Under the pieces are notes generated by a model, which saw only the letters and a list, made by a program, of their open reading frames with translations, was not told where the DNA came from and did no database searches. From contig OY970280.1 in the NCBI GenBank assembly GCA_963715865.1, forward strand, positions 896,001-960,000: 64,000 bases of DNA, in the 5' to 3' direction. A program made the position numbers and the translations under genes. Origin of the DNA: Candidatus Bathyarchaeota archaeon. Its GTDB lineage: Archaea; Thermoproteota; Bathyarchaeia; Bathyarchaeales; Bathycorpusculaceae. Below, piece after piece: positions 1 to 10,116 of the stretch (position 1 is the first letter of the stretch; every line of letters begins with the position of its first letter).

Positions 1-1468
1 AAAAAATACCATAGTTAACCTTACAGATTAATGACCATCATCGGAGTTATTCCGGGCTTATTACTTATCATACTTGGACCGCCACTTGGAGACCGAACTA
101 AGCTGTTTAGGTTTTGTTCATTTTGATAACAACTTTATTGTTCGGAAGCTTGTCTACGTATTCCCAGCCTTTCGCCAAATAATTATTTGCTTCGTCAACA
201 CTGACCACTTTCTGCGAAGCCCCGTTCGGCGCTTGTCCACCTAAAAGTCTCTTCCTGAGTATATTTTGCAGTTCTTCGTCGCTCATCGAGGGCACATCCA
301 TTTTGTCCAACTCCGCCTGAGTGAAACCAGCCACCAACAAAAGCTGCTTCCTAAAACTGCCCTTAAGCTTCTCCTCGCTGGTTTCCTCCTTCATCTTAGT
401 CTGCAAAAACTCCTCGCTTCTCGCGTAAGCAGCCCGCATATCCTCCAAAACAGACTCAGGCAACCTCTGCTTGTTAGTCGTATACCGGTTTTCAATATCC
501 CCCTTATGACCCATCCAAAACTGCCGGTAATCCCTGAGCACCAAACCCTTCGACTCAGCAAGCATCAGCATCGTATCAAAATAACACCGTAAAACGTACG
601 GTCGCCAAGGAAGCCCAGCACTTCTGATGGCTAGCCTCATCATATCTCCAATGTTCACTGTACGTATGAAAGGTTTCTGAGCAAACCTAGGAATGACAAT
701 AGCAGAGTCAGGTATCAGCAGTTCGCCGTCTCTGAGGCGTTCCTCCAAGTAATCTTTCAGGTAGCTACAGGCTTCTTCTGTGAGGAAAGTGAAGTACTGA
801 TGACGAGCCTTACTTAAGCCTGAGCGAACAACAACCATCGTGGGTATTTTCTCAAAGCTTACCTCGGACCCCTTGATCTTGAGTTCGGGTAAATCCCGCA
901 TTCTCAGGCCATCGTGACCCGTATAGTTGCCAAGGGTCTCCAGCCTTAAGCCTGCATGGGCGATTACAGCACAGGCTGTGCGGGCCTGTTTGCTTCCGGA
1001 CAGGAAAATGCGTTTCAGCTCTTCTTTCGTGGGAACACGTTCGTCATTGAGGGTCGGCGTCTCATGGGCACCCGTGATCTTTATCTTGCGTTTAAGCTGG
1101 ATTTCATTATGTGCAAGCCATGACTTGACAACTTTGGTCGTGTTGTGGATATAGCTGCCCGCATGCTTCTTCTGCGCGGACGTAACGTAGTCCATGAGCA
1201 GGTCTTCTAATTCCGTAACAGGCTTATGCGCGAGTTGCCCTGGCGTTGTGCCCATGAGCTGGCAAAAGTTTCCTAGGTTCCGTAGGTAGATTTGGGCGCA
1301 GGCTGGTGACCCACGGATAAGGTTCTCGTACCAGCGCCGCACATCCTTATCCTCAAGCAGATATCGATATTTGGAGCGCGGATGGGCAGAATCAGACAAA
1401 CTTCTCAGCCTCATCTACAGTAACATAGGGTTTCGGCATAAAAGATTTGTGGTTTTGAACCAGAAGTC
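1..1468. mobile_element. Right-hand edge of a tRNA-Gly-integrated element that continues off the left window edge
   Basis: Integrase abuts the tRNA 3' end; the partner att copy is not in the window. Confidence 0.6.
107..1414 (-). CDS. Tyrosine recombinase/integrase of an element inserted at tRNA-Gly
   Basis: 435-aa ORF with AGLRLET (Arg), PYVLRCYF (x-x-x-R box), MGH and downstream Tyr; starts 55 bp from the tRNA 3' end. Confidence 0.88.
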   Translation of the reverse strand: MRLRSLSDSAHPRSKYRYLLEDKDVRRWYENLIRGSPACAQIYLRNLGNFCQLMGTTPGQLAHKPVTELEDLLMDYVTSAQKKHAGSYIHNTTKVVKSWLAHNEIQLKRKIKITGAHETPTLNDERVPTKEELKRIFLSGSKQARTACAVIAHAGLRLETLGNYTGHDGLRMRDLPELKIKGSEVSFEKIPTMVVVRSGLSKARHQYFTFLTEEACSYLKDYLEERLRDGELLIPDSAIVIPRFAQKPFIRTVNIGDMMRLAIRSAGLPWRPYVLRCYFDTMLMLAESKGLVLRDYRQFWMGHKGDIENRYTTNKQRLPESVLEDMRAAYARSEEFLQTKMKEETSEEKLKGSFRKQLLLVAGFTQAELDKMDVPSMSDEELQNILRKRLLGGQAPNGASQKVVSVDEANNYLAKGWEYVDKLPNNKVVIKMNKT

Positions 1469-1546
1469 TGGTGCGGTCGCCGAGATTTGAACCCGGGTCG
1501 TCAGCGTGGCAGGCTGATGTCCTAGACCAAACTAGACTACGACCGC
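1469..1546 (-). tRNA. tRNA-Gly(GCC)
   Basis: Acceptor stem GCGGTCG/CGACCGC, anticodon arm TCAGC-CTGCCAC-GCTGA, T-loop GGTTCAAATC, encoded CCA. Confidence 0.97.
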
Positions 1547-1710
1547 ATTTTGCTATACTGGAGTACAATGGCGATTTAAATTTACATCGAGCCTTATTTC
1601 CTTTTCCGAAAAACTTCACAAACTCAACAGCCTTCACAAATTCAAAGCTGATATTTTCCGCCTTCTTGCTGTTGCTGTAAGATGACAATCACATATGGTT
1701 ATTTTTTCAA

Positions 1711-2733
1711 TTGCAAAGAACTAGTTATAGAAAGCTTATGTCAGACATTATTACGGTGAAGAATCTTGTTGAAATTTATTCTGATGGCACAAAAGCCGTT
1801 GACGATATATCCTTTAGCGTGAAAGAGCAGGAATTTTTCGGTTTTTTGGGACCAAACGGCGCTGGAAAAAGCACAACCATCAAAATCTTGACAACACTTC
1901 TTCGAAAGACCTCTGGTTCAGTTACCGTGGCAGGACACGATATTTTTAGTGACGCTGCTGAGATACGCAAAATAATTGGCGTTCAAAGCCAAGAGACAAC
2001 AGTTGACGGCGACCTAACAGGCAGAGAAAACATCATGCTTCAAGGTCATTTCCAGCAAATGGAAAGCAATAAACTCAAGAAACGTGTAGATGAACTTTTG
2101 CAGCTTGTAGGCCTCGAATCTGCCACAGACAAGCGTGCAAGAAACTATTCAGGCGGAATGAAAAAGCGGCTTGATTTAGCAACAGCGCTTGTGCATGAAC
2201 CGAAATTGCTGTTTTTAGATGAGCCGACAACTGGGCTTGATCCACAATCTCGCACGGCAATATGGGGCTATTTGCAAAAACTAAACAAAGAAGAAGGCAC
2301 AACCATATTCCTCACTACACAATACTTGGAAGAAGCAGACAAGCTATGCAAGCGCTTGGCAATTATTGATTTCGGCAAAATAGTGGCTAACGGCTCACCC
2401 GCAGAGCTTAAACGACAAGTCGGCGCTGACTCCATCAGGATTGGGCTCGAAAACTGCGAACGCGACCGCGACAAAGCAAAAAGCATCATAAAAACCATGA
2501 CGGGCGTTACAGAAATCGTAGATTCTGAAGAATGCATAAACGTTTATGCCCAAAACGCCTCGTCGTTAATTGCTGATATCGTACGCGCCTTGGACAGCAC
2601 GGACATTCGACTGACGTCAGTTACTTTCTCCCAACCGTCCTTGGACGATGTATTCGTGAAACATACTGGGCGAAGAATACGGGCAGAAGAACTCGTTAAG
2701 GCTCCAAGCGCCATGTTCGGCGGGAGACGATAA
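1711..2733 (+). CDS. ABC exporter ATP-binding protein (DrrA-like)
   Basis: GPNGAGKST Walker A, YSGGM signature, LFLDEPT; ATG at 1738 may be the true start. Confidence 0.93.
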   Translation: MQRTSYRKLMSDIITVKNLVEIYSDGTKAVDDISFSVKEQEFFGFLGPNGAGKSTTIKILTTLLRKTSGSVTVAGHDIFSDAAEIRKIIGVQSQETTVDGDLTGRENIMLQGHFQQMESNKLKKRVDELLQLVGLESATDKRARNYSGGMKKRLDLATALVHEPKLLFLDEPTTGLDPQSRTAIWGYLQKLNKEEGTTIFLTTQYLEEADKLCKRLAIIDFGKIVANGSPAELKRQVGADSIRIGLENCERDRDKAKSIIKTMTGVTEIVDSEECINVYAQNASSLIADIVRALDSTDIRLTSVTFSQPSLDDVFVKHTGRRIRAEELVKAPSAMFGGRR

Positions 2734-2736
2734 AAA

Positions 2737-3510
2737 ATGACACTGCTTTCTGATACACGCTACTTGTTTGTGCGGTACCTTAAGAAACTTGCCCGAAACC
2801 CCATCCTGCTTTTCTTCTCGCTCTTTCAGCCGATAATTTTTCTGGTTCTCTTCACGCAGTTGCTCACGAAACTCTCAAATTTTCCCGGCATACTGCCTTC
2901 AGGAGTAAGCTACTTAGAATTTGCAACCGCTGGGATTCTCCTGCAAAACGCTTTCGGCAGCGCATTACAGTCAGGCACTTCCATAGTTCTAGACATCGAC
3001 TCGGGCTTTCTGCAGAAAATGCTTGTGACACCAGTCAGAAGACCTGCAATCTTACTGGGCAGACTAACCAGCGACGCCTTCAGAGTGGCGTTGCAATCAG
3101 CTATAATTTTGGGGCTCGCTTATGCGTTAGGCGCAAGCGCCACAACGGGCGTTATTGGCATTTTGCTTATCTTTTTCACCATTGCGTTCTTTGGATTGGC
3201 ATGGTCAGGCATTTCTCTGGCATTAGGAATGAGGACAAGAAGCTCCGAGACCGTATTCGCCATAGGTGGATTCATCACGTTTCCGCTGCTGTTCCTGAGT
3301 CCAGCTTTGTTCCCGATTAGTTTTCTGCCCTCATGGGTGCAAGATGTGTCGATGTTTAACCCAATAAGCTACGCAGTAAACGCTATCCGAGCCCTCATGA
3401 TCAATGGTTACGAATGGGGCACAATACTTCCTGCTTGGGGCGTAATCGGGCTAGTCGCCGTTGTGACGTTGAGCGCTACATTGTACCAGTTCAGAAAAGT
3501 AGTCAGCTAA
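2737..3510 (+). CDS. ABC-2 type permease
   Basis: About six hydrophobic segments, NPISYAVNAIR motif, coupled to the ATPase. Confidence 0.9.
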   Translation: MTLLSDTRYLFVRYLKKLARNPILLFFSLFQPIIFLVLFTQLLTKLSNFPGILPSGVSYLEFATAGILLQNAFGSALQSGTSIVLDIDSGFLQKMLVTPVRRPAILLGRLTSDAFRVALQSAIILGLAYALGASATTGVIGILLIFFTIAFFGLAWSGISLALGMRTRSSETVFAIGGFITFPLLFLSPALFPISFLPSWVQDVSMFNPISYAVNAIRALMINGYEWGTILPAWGVIGLVAVVTLSATLYQFRKVVS

Positions 3511-3728
3511 GGGTAAACGTGAGCATCCACATCAGCTGGCTTGGCTAACCGTTTAATTTTCACTTCAATCAATTCAGGAGCCTCATCCAGCCCTTTTAGC
3601 GATTTCGAAAACCCAGCCATAATGTTACCAATGGTTTCCTGTACAAAATTGTTCAAAGGCAACTTTTTTCCATCGATAAACATTTCTGTTTCAAAACTTT
3701 TTTTCATTATCCTATGTTTTTGTTCCAA
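3507..3728 (-). CDS. Small protein resembling the stand-alone C-terminal domain of MobB
   Basis: IDGKKLPLNNFVQETIGNIMAGFSKSLKG pattern. Confidence 0.5.
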   Translation of the reverse strand: MEQKHRIMKKSFETEMFIDGKKLPLNNFVQETIGNIMAGFSKSLKGLDEAPELIEVKIKRLAKPADVDAHVYP

Positions 3729-3894
3729 AAGCTTTCACCAACTAAACTTTAGATCTTAAAACTGATAAAGCCTTCTGTTAATATTCAACGCTGAAAAAGC
3801 TCAAGCCACTAGTTTAAAGTAACAGCTAATATACTTGAACAATTAATTAACTTCTCCTTTAAGCAAAAACCCTCTCAAAGATAGGAGTAGCACC

Positions 3895-5580
3895 GTGCTT
3901 AGCAAACTGTGGAACAGACTCAATGCCTTGTCCTCTAAAAAGCCCTTAAAGTACTCCCTTTACCTTTCCGCAATCATCATTTTCTTTGCAATAATTCTTA
4001 TTCCACCCATCATTGGCATTCTAATAAAAATCGGAACAATCCAAAATGTCATAGACCAACCAACTTTAATGAATACAGCCTTGGGTGCAATCTCGAACTC
4101 ATTCATAATTGGTCTAGTTGTTTCCGCCTTAGACTTAATCGCTGGAGTTCCGTTGGCTTGGCTTATTACGCGTGGAAAATCAAGGTGGCTAAGCGTCCTT
4201 GACACTTTAGCTGACCTTCCCTTCGTTGTGCCAACAGCCGCCTTAGGCTATTCGCTTTTGTTGTTTTGGAACTCAAGCGGAGGAATATCCTCACTATTTG
4301 GGCCATCGCTTGTTTCTCCCGGCTGGCTTCTTGTTATGCTTTTGCATTTCACTTTTTCATTTCCAGTTGTTGTCCGCGTTATCGTAGGCGCACTGCTCGA
4401 TTACAAGATGGAGTATGAACGTGCATCAAGAACCCTTGGAGCTCCACCGTTAACAGCTTCAAGAACCGTGACTTTCCCCATTATAAAACCCTCATTAATC
4501 GCGGCGTTCTCGCTTGCATTCGCTAGGTCCCTTTCAGAGACAGGCGCTACCTTCATTGTGGCAGGAACCTTCCTGAATGGGCCAGTCTTCATCCAAACCT
4601 TAAGCAATGAATTTAAAAGCGGTTTAATACCCCAAGCCACTTATGAAGGCGCAACAGTCTTTGCAAGCATAATTTTAATTTCTGTTTCACTGGCCATTTT
4701 TGCTTTAATACGCATTTTAGGACAAAGAATAAAGCTGCCCTTCGGCCATGGCTTGCCAGTTTTCGAAAAGAAACTCAGCTACAAAAAGGCAGCGTTCTCA
4801 CGTAACAGCATCACGTTATTGGTTTTCATAGTAATAGTGCTGGTTCCTTCACTTTTCGTGGCGTTGCCAGCTTTCCAAGCAATCGCTACTGGAACCTCTT
4901 TAATTGAGGCTTTTAGCGGTTCCGGCATATGGGCAAGCTATTGGCAGAGCCTACTTCTATCGTACAGCTTAGCAGCTATAGTTACGGTTTTAGGAATCAT
5001 CATTGGCATACCCATGGCAATACTGATTGCACGCAAAACATTCGGCAAATTGCCCTCAGCAATCCTTGACACACTGATCAACGTTCCGATAATAGTGCCG
5101 TCTATAGCTTTAGGTGTTTCATTGAAGTTTTTCTGGCAAGGCATACCGGGTATACCTGAGTTTCTCCTATTGGTCTTTGCGCATTTGGCAATTACTTACC
5201 CATACTTTGTCAGGTCCATGTCGGCGGCAATGGAGCGAATAAGCGTTGACATGGAGGAAGCCGCAAAAACCTTAGGCGCTAAACCCTTCACTGTTTTTCG
5301 GACAATTGTATTGCCACTTGCAAAGTACTCGATTCTTTCTGGCGCAATCATTGTTTTTACAAGAAGCGTAAGCGAAACAGGTGCAACATTAGCTGTAACT
5401 TCAAGGCTGCAGACGGCGCCTGTGCTGCTTGTCAACTGGGTTAATTCACTTAGAGGAACCGTAGCGCCAATCCCCGGGGTCAACGCGCTAACTGTAGGTT
5501 TAGCATGCGGCTTCTTGATACTGTTCAGTTTCATAATATTGTTAGTTTTGAGGCTTTTAACTAGAAAAGGAAAGTATTAG
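3895..5580 (+). CDS. ABC importer permease with two fused TM domains (Fe3+/thiamine/polyamine class)
   Basis: Two EAA-type loops (YERASRTLGA, MEEAAKTLGA) and two FARS/FTRS-xSETGAT motifs. Confidence 0.88.
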   Translation: MLSKLWNRLNALSSKKPLKYSLYLSAIIIFFAIILIPPIIGILIKIGTIQNVIDQPTLMNTALGAISNSFIIGLVVSALDLIAGVPLAWLITRGKSRWLSVLDTLADLPFVVPTAALGYSLLLFWNSSGGISSLFGPSLVSPGWLLVMLLHFTFSFPVVVRVIVGALLDYKMEYERASRTLGAPPLTASRTVTFPIIKPSLIAAFSLAFARSLSETGATFIVAGTFLNGPVFIQTLSNEFKSGLIPQATYEGATVFASIILISVSLAIFALIRILGQRIKLPFGHGLPVFEKKLSYKKAAFSRNSITLLVFIVIVLVPSLFVALPAFQAIATGTSLIEAFSGSGIWASYWQSLLLSYSLAAIVTVLGIIIGIPMAILIARKTFGKLPSAILDTLINVPIIVPSIALGVSLKFFWQGIPGIPEFLLLVFAHLAITYPYFVRSMSAAMERISVDMEEAAKTLGAKPFTVFRTIVLPLAKYSILSGAIIVFTRSVSETGATLAVTSRLQTAPVLLVNWVNSLRGTVAPIPGVNALTVGLACGFLILFSFIILLVLRLLTRKGKY

Positions 5581-5630
5581 AATGGCAACTGATAAAAGCT
5601 TTAAAACTGTTTCAAAGGGAGAGTTAACTT

Positions 5631-6731
5631 ATGCCTGAAGTCCGAATCGTTAACGTAACAAAAAAGTACGGAAAAATCTACGCGTTAGACAACGTTAGCT
5701 TAACTATATATGACAAAGAATATTTCTCTCTTCTGGGACCAAGCGGATGCGGAAAAACCACACTTCTTAGGCTTATAGCGGGACTTATTGAACCTGACAG
5801 CGGCGAAATCTACATCGGCGGCAGACGCGTTGATAAAGTGCCTCCTGAAGACCGAGACGTAGGCTTTGTATTCCAAACTTTCGCGTTGTTTCCACACATG
5901 ACCGCATGGGGTAACGTAATTTACGGTCCAAAAGTCAAGAACTATGATGCAAAAAAGGCAGATACGATTGGGCATGAAGTTCTGGAGCTTGTAAAGCTTG
6001 ACGAGCGCTTAAACGCTTATCCCAGTGAACTAAGCGGAGGTATGATGCAGAGAATAGCTGTTGCCCGCGCGTTGGCTGCAGGCGCCAAAACCTTGCTTTT
6101 AGACGAACCGCTTGGTCAGTTGGATGCTAAAGTAAGAAATGAAATACGATATGAAATCAGAAGAATGGCGAAAGATCTCAAATTAACGGCTATTCATGTG
6201 ACGCATGACCAAGCGGAAGCCATGTCAATCTCGGATAGAATTGCAGTAATGAAGAAAGGAAAAATCGTGCAGATTGGAACTCCACAGGAACTTTATATGC
6301 ATCCGAAGAGCTTGTTTGTTGCCCACTTTATCGGGGAATCCAACTTTTTAGAAGGCTACATTACTAAGGCAAATGGTAAACTCTCGGAAATAGAGTTACG
6401 GGATGGATTAAGAGTTAAGGCCGTAAATCCAGACATCAAGCAAGGCGAAAGAATAGTTTTAGCTATAAGACCCGAAACTTGCGAAATTAAAAAAGGCCGC
6501 AGTTCTATTGAAAATGGATTGTTTGGAAAAATTGAAAAAATCACTTTCGAAGGAACTATTGTTCGTTATGAAATTAGGCTTGAAAATGGAGACCGTTTGG
6601 TAATCAACCGGCCTTCGTTGACTGAGGAATGGGTTGACGTTGGTGAAGAAGTCACAATTACTTATCCGCTTGAAAAGGCTTATCTCTTTGCGTACCCTGA
6701 AGCTGGTTTAACTGAGGAAATTTCGGTTTAA
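5631..6731 (+). CDS. ABC importer ATP-binding protein (PotA/FbpC-like, TOBE domain)
   Basis: GPSGCGKTT, LSGGMMQR, LLLDEP, HVTHDQAEA. Confidence 0.92.
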   Translation: MPEVRIVNVTKKYGKIYALDNVSLTIYDKEYFSLLGPSGCGKTTLLRLIAGLIEPDSGEIYIGGRRVDKVPPEDRDVGFVFQTFALFPHMTAWGNVIYGPKVKNYDAKKADTIGHEVLELVKLDERLNAYPSELSGGMMQRIAVARALAAGAKTLLLDEPLGQLDAKVRNEIRYEIRRMAKDLKLTAIHVTHDQAEAMSISDRIAVMKKGKIVQIGTPQELYMHPKSLFVAHFIGESNFLEGYITKANGKLSEIELRDGLRVKAVNPDIKQGERIVLAIRPETCEIKKGRSSIENGLFGKIEKITFEGTIVRYEIRLENGDRLVINRPSLTEEWVDVGEEVTITYPLEKAYLFAYPEAGLTEEISV

Positions 6732-6834
6732 GGCTCTTTAAGCGTTGATTTGCCTGTTTTCTACTATGAAGCGGCAATGTTTTAATTTGGTTTTTTTTCA
6801 ATTACCTTTTTAAGAATCTTACATCTTTTTCTTT

Positions 6835-8364
6835 ATGAGGGTAACCATGGGGCTAAAAAGTGATTCTCTTATAGCGTATAATATTTTAGAAAAACGAATT
6901 ATTAATTCTGGCCTTTGCACGCTATGCGGAGCGTGTGAAGCCGCATGCCCAGTTGGTGCCTTACATATCGACGGCGAAAAAGTCAAACGCACATACGATT
7001 GCTCCAAAGATATGGATTTGTGTCCTATTTGCTATGAAATTTGCCCCCATTCGGAAGCGCTCCTGCTTCGAAGCTTGAGTTTCGTCGCAGATGCTCCAGT
7101 GAAGAACGAGGCGTTAGGTTATTACCGAAAAATTGTGCTGTCTCAAGCCGTAGACCCTAAGATACGCAAGTTAAGCCACGGTGGAGGTGTTGTCACTTCG
7201 CTGCTTAAATTTGGCATTGAAAACAAAGTTTTCGATAGCGCCATTGTCTCTCAGGGTGAACCTGAAAATCCTGCTAAACCTAAGCCTTCCGTGGCGCTGG
7301 TGCCTGACGATATACTTTCAGCAGTAGGAAGCAAGTTCTTTCCCTCTTCAGTAGCCAAAGCATATGGAAGTGCAGTGTACGGTTATGGAAAAACAAACAT
7401 TGCCTTCGTAGGCGTTCCCTGTCACGTGTTGGCTCTTCGTAAGCTGCAGGCTTGGCAGCATAAAATTAGTGGCAACTTAAAGATAACAATCGGCCTCTTC
7501 TGCTTCGGCACGCTCTCGCTTAGCGCCTTGCTTGAATACATAAAAAAGAAATATAATGTCGAGCCGTCAGACATCAAACAAATTCGCTTATCATCAAAAC
7601 TTGTATTTCAAACAGAAAAAGGCGAAATCAGGCTTCCATTATCTGAGGTTTCAGACCACATCCTGCCTAGTTGCCGCAAATGCACAGATTTTACTTCTGA
7701 ACTCGCCGACATATCCGTTGGAGGAGCCTATCCTTTGAAGGATTGGTCAACAGTGATTATCAGAACAAAGGCTGGAGAAGACTTCTTCTATAAAGCAGTT
7801 GAAAACGGCATCATCAACACTTGGGTCATAGAAGAGGAACCCACAGTTATCGAGCGTGTAATGGTTGCAGCTATGCAAAAGCGAACAGCAGGCCTCAAAA
7901 AAGCTAAAGAAATGGAAGAAACCAGCGGATATCTTCCTGCACTTTTGCTTAGAGAAACAGATGCTCTTGCCAACATAAAGATTGGTGACATAATGGCTAA
8001 GAACGTTAAGACACTAACACAGAACACTACTGTACACCAATTCTTAGATTTGGTAGCAAGAAACCACCACATAGGCTATCCCTTAGTAAACGAAAACAAT
8101 GAGCCTGTTGGCTGGGTGACTCTAGAAGAAGCTGCAAGCGTTGACAAAAACAAGAGAAACGAAACTTTAGTTAGCCAAATAGCCCGGCGAAAACTCGTGA
8201 CCGCTTACCCCGATGAAACCGCTTTAGATGCCTTCAAAAGAATGAGCGAAATTGAAACAGGACGTGTTCTCGTCTTAGACAGGGCTGACCCGAAGAAACT
8301 TTTGGGCGTTGTAACTAAAACTGACCTAATGCATATTTTAACGAAAGCAGCAAACAACCGCTAA
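6835..8364 (+). CDS. F420 hydrogenase/dehydrogenase beta subunit (FrhB/FpoF-like) fused to a C-terminal CBS pair
   Basis: CTLCGACEAACP ferredoxin motif, GGGVVTSLL, VGVPCH, IGLFC, CRKCTDF; CBS repeats HIGYPLV and GRVLVLD...LLGVVTKTDL. Confidence 0.85.
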   Translation: MRVTMGLKSDSLIAYNILEKRIINSGLCTLCGACEAACPVGALHIDGEKVKRTYDCSKDMDLCPICYEICPHSEALLLRSLSFVADAPVKNEALGYYRKIVLSQAVDPKIRKLSHGGGVVTSLLKFGIENKVFDSAIVSQGEPENPAKPKPSVALVPDDILSAVGSKFFPSSVAKAYGSAVYGYGKTNIAFVGVPCHVLALRKLQAWQHKISGNLKITIGLFCFGTLSLSALLEYIKKKYNVEPSDIKQIRLSSKLVFQTEKGEIRLPLSEVSDHILPSCRKCTDFTSELADISVGGAYPLKDWSTVIIRTKAGEDFFYKAVENGIINTWVIEEEPTVIERVMVAAMQKRTAGLKKAKEMEETSGYLPALLLRETDALANIKIGDIMAKNVKTLTQNTTVHQFLDLVARNHHIGYPLVNENNEPVGWVTLEEAASVDKNKRNETLVSQIARRKLVTAYPDETALDAFKRMSEIETGRVLVLDRADPKKLLGVVTKTDLMHILTKAANNR

Positions 8365-8424
8365 ATCACCTTTATTAAGGTAACTCACGTTAATTTATCA
8401 ATTAATTCAGGTTGCCCTGATTTT

Positions 8425-8922
8425 ATGGCTGAATGCCCTGCAGAAAAAAAGCAAGGAACCAATTCTTTAGCACTTACTTTATTGATTATAATAGCTGTTG
8501 TGGCTGTTTTTGGCGTCGTTTTGAGTTTAGTTTATCCAGAATTTATTAGCCTGCTATCTGGAGGAACGTATGTCTCGGGTGGTGCTATTTACGATGCGAT
8601 TTATGTTGTGCTTACCATGGCCGCTGATGCGCTCTATCTTTTCGGCGGTGGTGTGATGGCTTTTGGCGCCATATTGGTAACGATCCGTTTTATTCAATAT
8701 AAACTTAAGGATCCTTTTCAATCATCATCTTCTACGCGTTTCTTGTCAGGATATTTAACGTTAAGTCTGAACTTTTTTATTGGCGCAGAAATCATCCGTA
8801 CAGTGGCTGTTAGATCTATTCCCGAGTTCGAATTGCTTTTTTTGGTAATTTTCAGCCGGGGTCTCTTCAGCTTGATTCTTTACTTGGAAAGAAGATGGCA
8901 TGGGACAACAGAGACAGAATAA
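8425..8922 (+). CDS. Membrane protein, DUF1622-like C-terminal half
   Basis: LTLSLNFFIGAEIIRTV...LILYLE pattern. Confidence 0.6.
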   Translation: MAECPAEKKQGTNSLALTLLIIIAVVAVFGVVLSLVYPEFISLLSGGTYVSGGAIYDAIYVVLTMAADALYLFGGGVMAFGAILVTIRFIQYKLKDPFQSSSSTRFLSGYLTLSLNFFIGAEIIRTVAVRSIPEFELLFLVIFSRGLFSLILYLERRWHGTTETE

Positions 8923-9205
8923 TCCTTCTTTTCCCTCTGCTTGGCAATTTGTTAAAGACCATGGAGTTCGCGCTGTTTCAGTTGTTAATATTTAAATCTG
9001 AGTACCATACTTTATAGAGAACTAGCTCGGGGTAGTATGGGAGAACAAAGAGCAGTACGAGAGAGTATTGTCGATAACATTGTTTGTTTGCACAGCTTTT
9101 ATGCAGATAAACTTATATACGTTCATAATACCGCTCTTGGTTATAACAAGTGCAAATTTAACTCTACCCTTGAGGCAGCTTTAATGATTAAAAGCAAAAG
9201 CATTA

Positions 9206-9550
9206 ATGGAGAAATGTCGCATGCTTGTTGAAGCCCTCATCGCATTTATATTAATATTCATATCAACATTAGTAATCTACACTTTGGGCAAAAGGTCAGC
9301 GCCTAAAACCACCATAAGCGAAAACGAGCAAGCATCATACGCTTGTGGAGAAAAAGTGTCATTCCACGGGTTAAAAGTCAACGTATCCCTATATAAGTAC
9401 CTAATTTACTTCGTAATCTTTGACTCGTCCGTCATATTGCTAGCTTTTGCTTCTTTTGCACTAGCAGGCACAAATCCGCTGCTCTTAATCCTTTACCTTG
9501 GCATAATTCTTGCCGCCGGCTTGGTTCTTTTGGAAGGAGGTAAAGACTAA
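9206..9550 (+). CDS. NuoA/FpoA-like membrane subunit
   Basis: YACGE loop, YLIYFVIFD, three TM segments, first gene of the operon. Confidence 0.82.
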   Translation: MEKCRMLVEALIAFILIFISTLVIYTLGKRSAPKTTISENEQASYACGEKVSFHGLKVNVSLYKYLIYFVIFDSSVILLAFASFALAGTNPLLLILYLGIILAAGLVLLEGGKD

Positions 9551-10116
9551 TGGCAAACACAGTAACATGGGCACGAGTAAAATCACCATGGGTCTTGCAC
9601 TTCAACTCAGGCGCCTGCAACGGATGCGACATAGAAATAGTCGCCTTACTCACCCCAAAATATGATGTTGAACGCTTCGGCGTAAAACTCGAGCCTTCGC
9701 CAAGACACGCAGACGTCCTACTAGTAACAGGCGGCGTCACACACCAATGTGCAGAACGACTAAAACGAGTTTACGACCAAATGCCACAACCCAAATTCGT
9801 CGTAGCCATCGGCGCTTGCGCGTGCTCAGGCGGAGTTTTTGCAGGATGCTACAATGTGGTCGGCGGCGTAGACAAAGTAATTCCAGTTACAGCTTACATA
9901 CCTGGATGCCCACCGCGTCCAGAAGCAATCTTAGATGGCGTTGTCAAACTTTTAAACGCGTTAAGTCCACCAAAACCAAAGAAGCAGCCTAAACAAGAAA
10001 AGCCTCTTGAATTGCCTATGGAAGAGGCAAAGCCTGAGGCTACAAAACAAGAAGCAGTAGCCCCACAAGAGGTTAAACCCAACATTGAGGAGGCAAAAAC
10101 AGATGCCAAGCAGTAA
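9550..10116 (+). CDS. Group 4 [NiFe] hydrogenase small subunit (NuoB-like)
   Basis: GACNGCDIE, SPRHADVL, GACACSGG, GCPPRP; charged C-terminal tail. Confidence 0.92.
   Translation: MANTVTWARVKSPWVLHFNSGACNGCDIEIVALLTPKYDVERFGVKLEPSPRHADVLLVTGGVTHQCAERLKRVYDQMPQPKFVVAIGACACSGGVFAGCYNVVGGVDKVIPVTAYIPGCPPRPEAILDGVVKLLNALSPPKPKKQPKQEKPLELPMEEAKPEATKQEAVAPQEVKPNIEEAKTDAKQ

Noticed and set aside
1392-1688. ORFs 1392-1688 (-) and 1471-1680 (+)
   Set aside because: They run across the tRNA-Gly gene and are not in frame with the integrase, so they are not an int(N) fragment.
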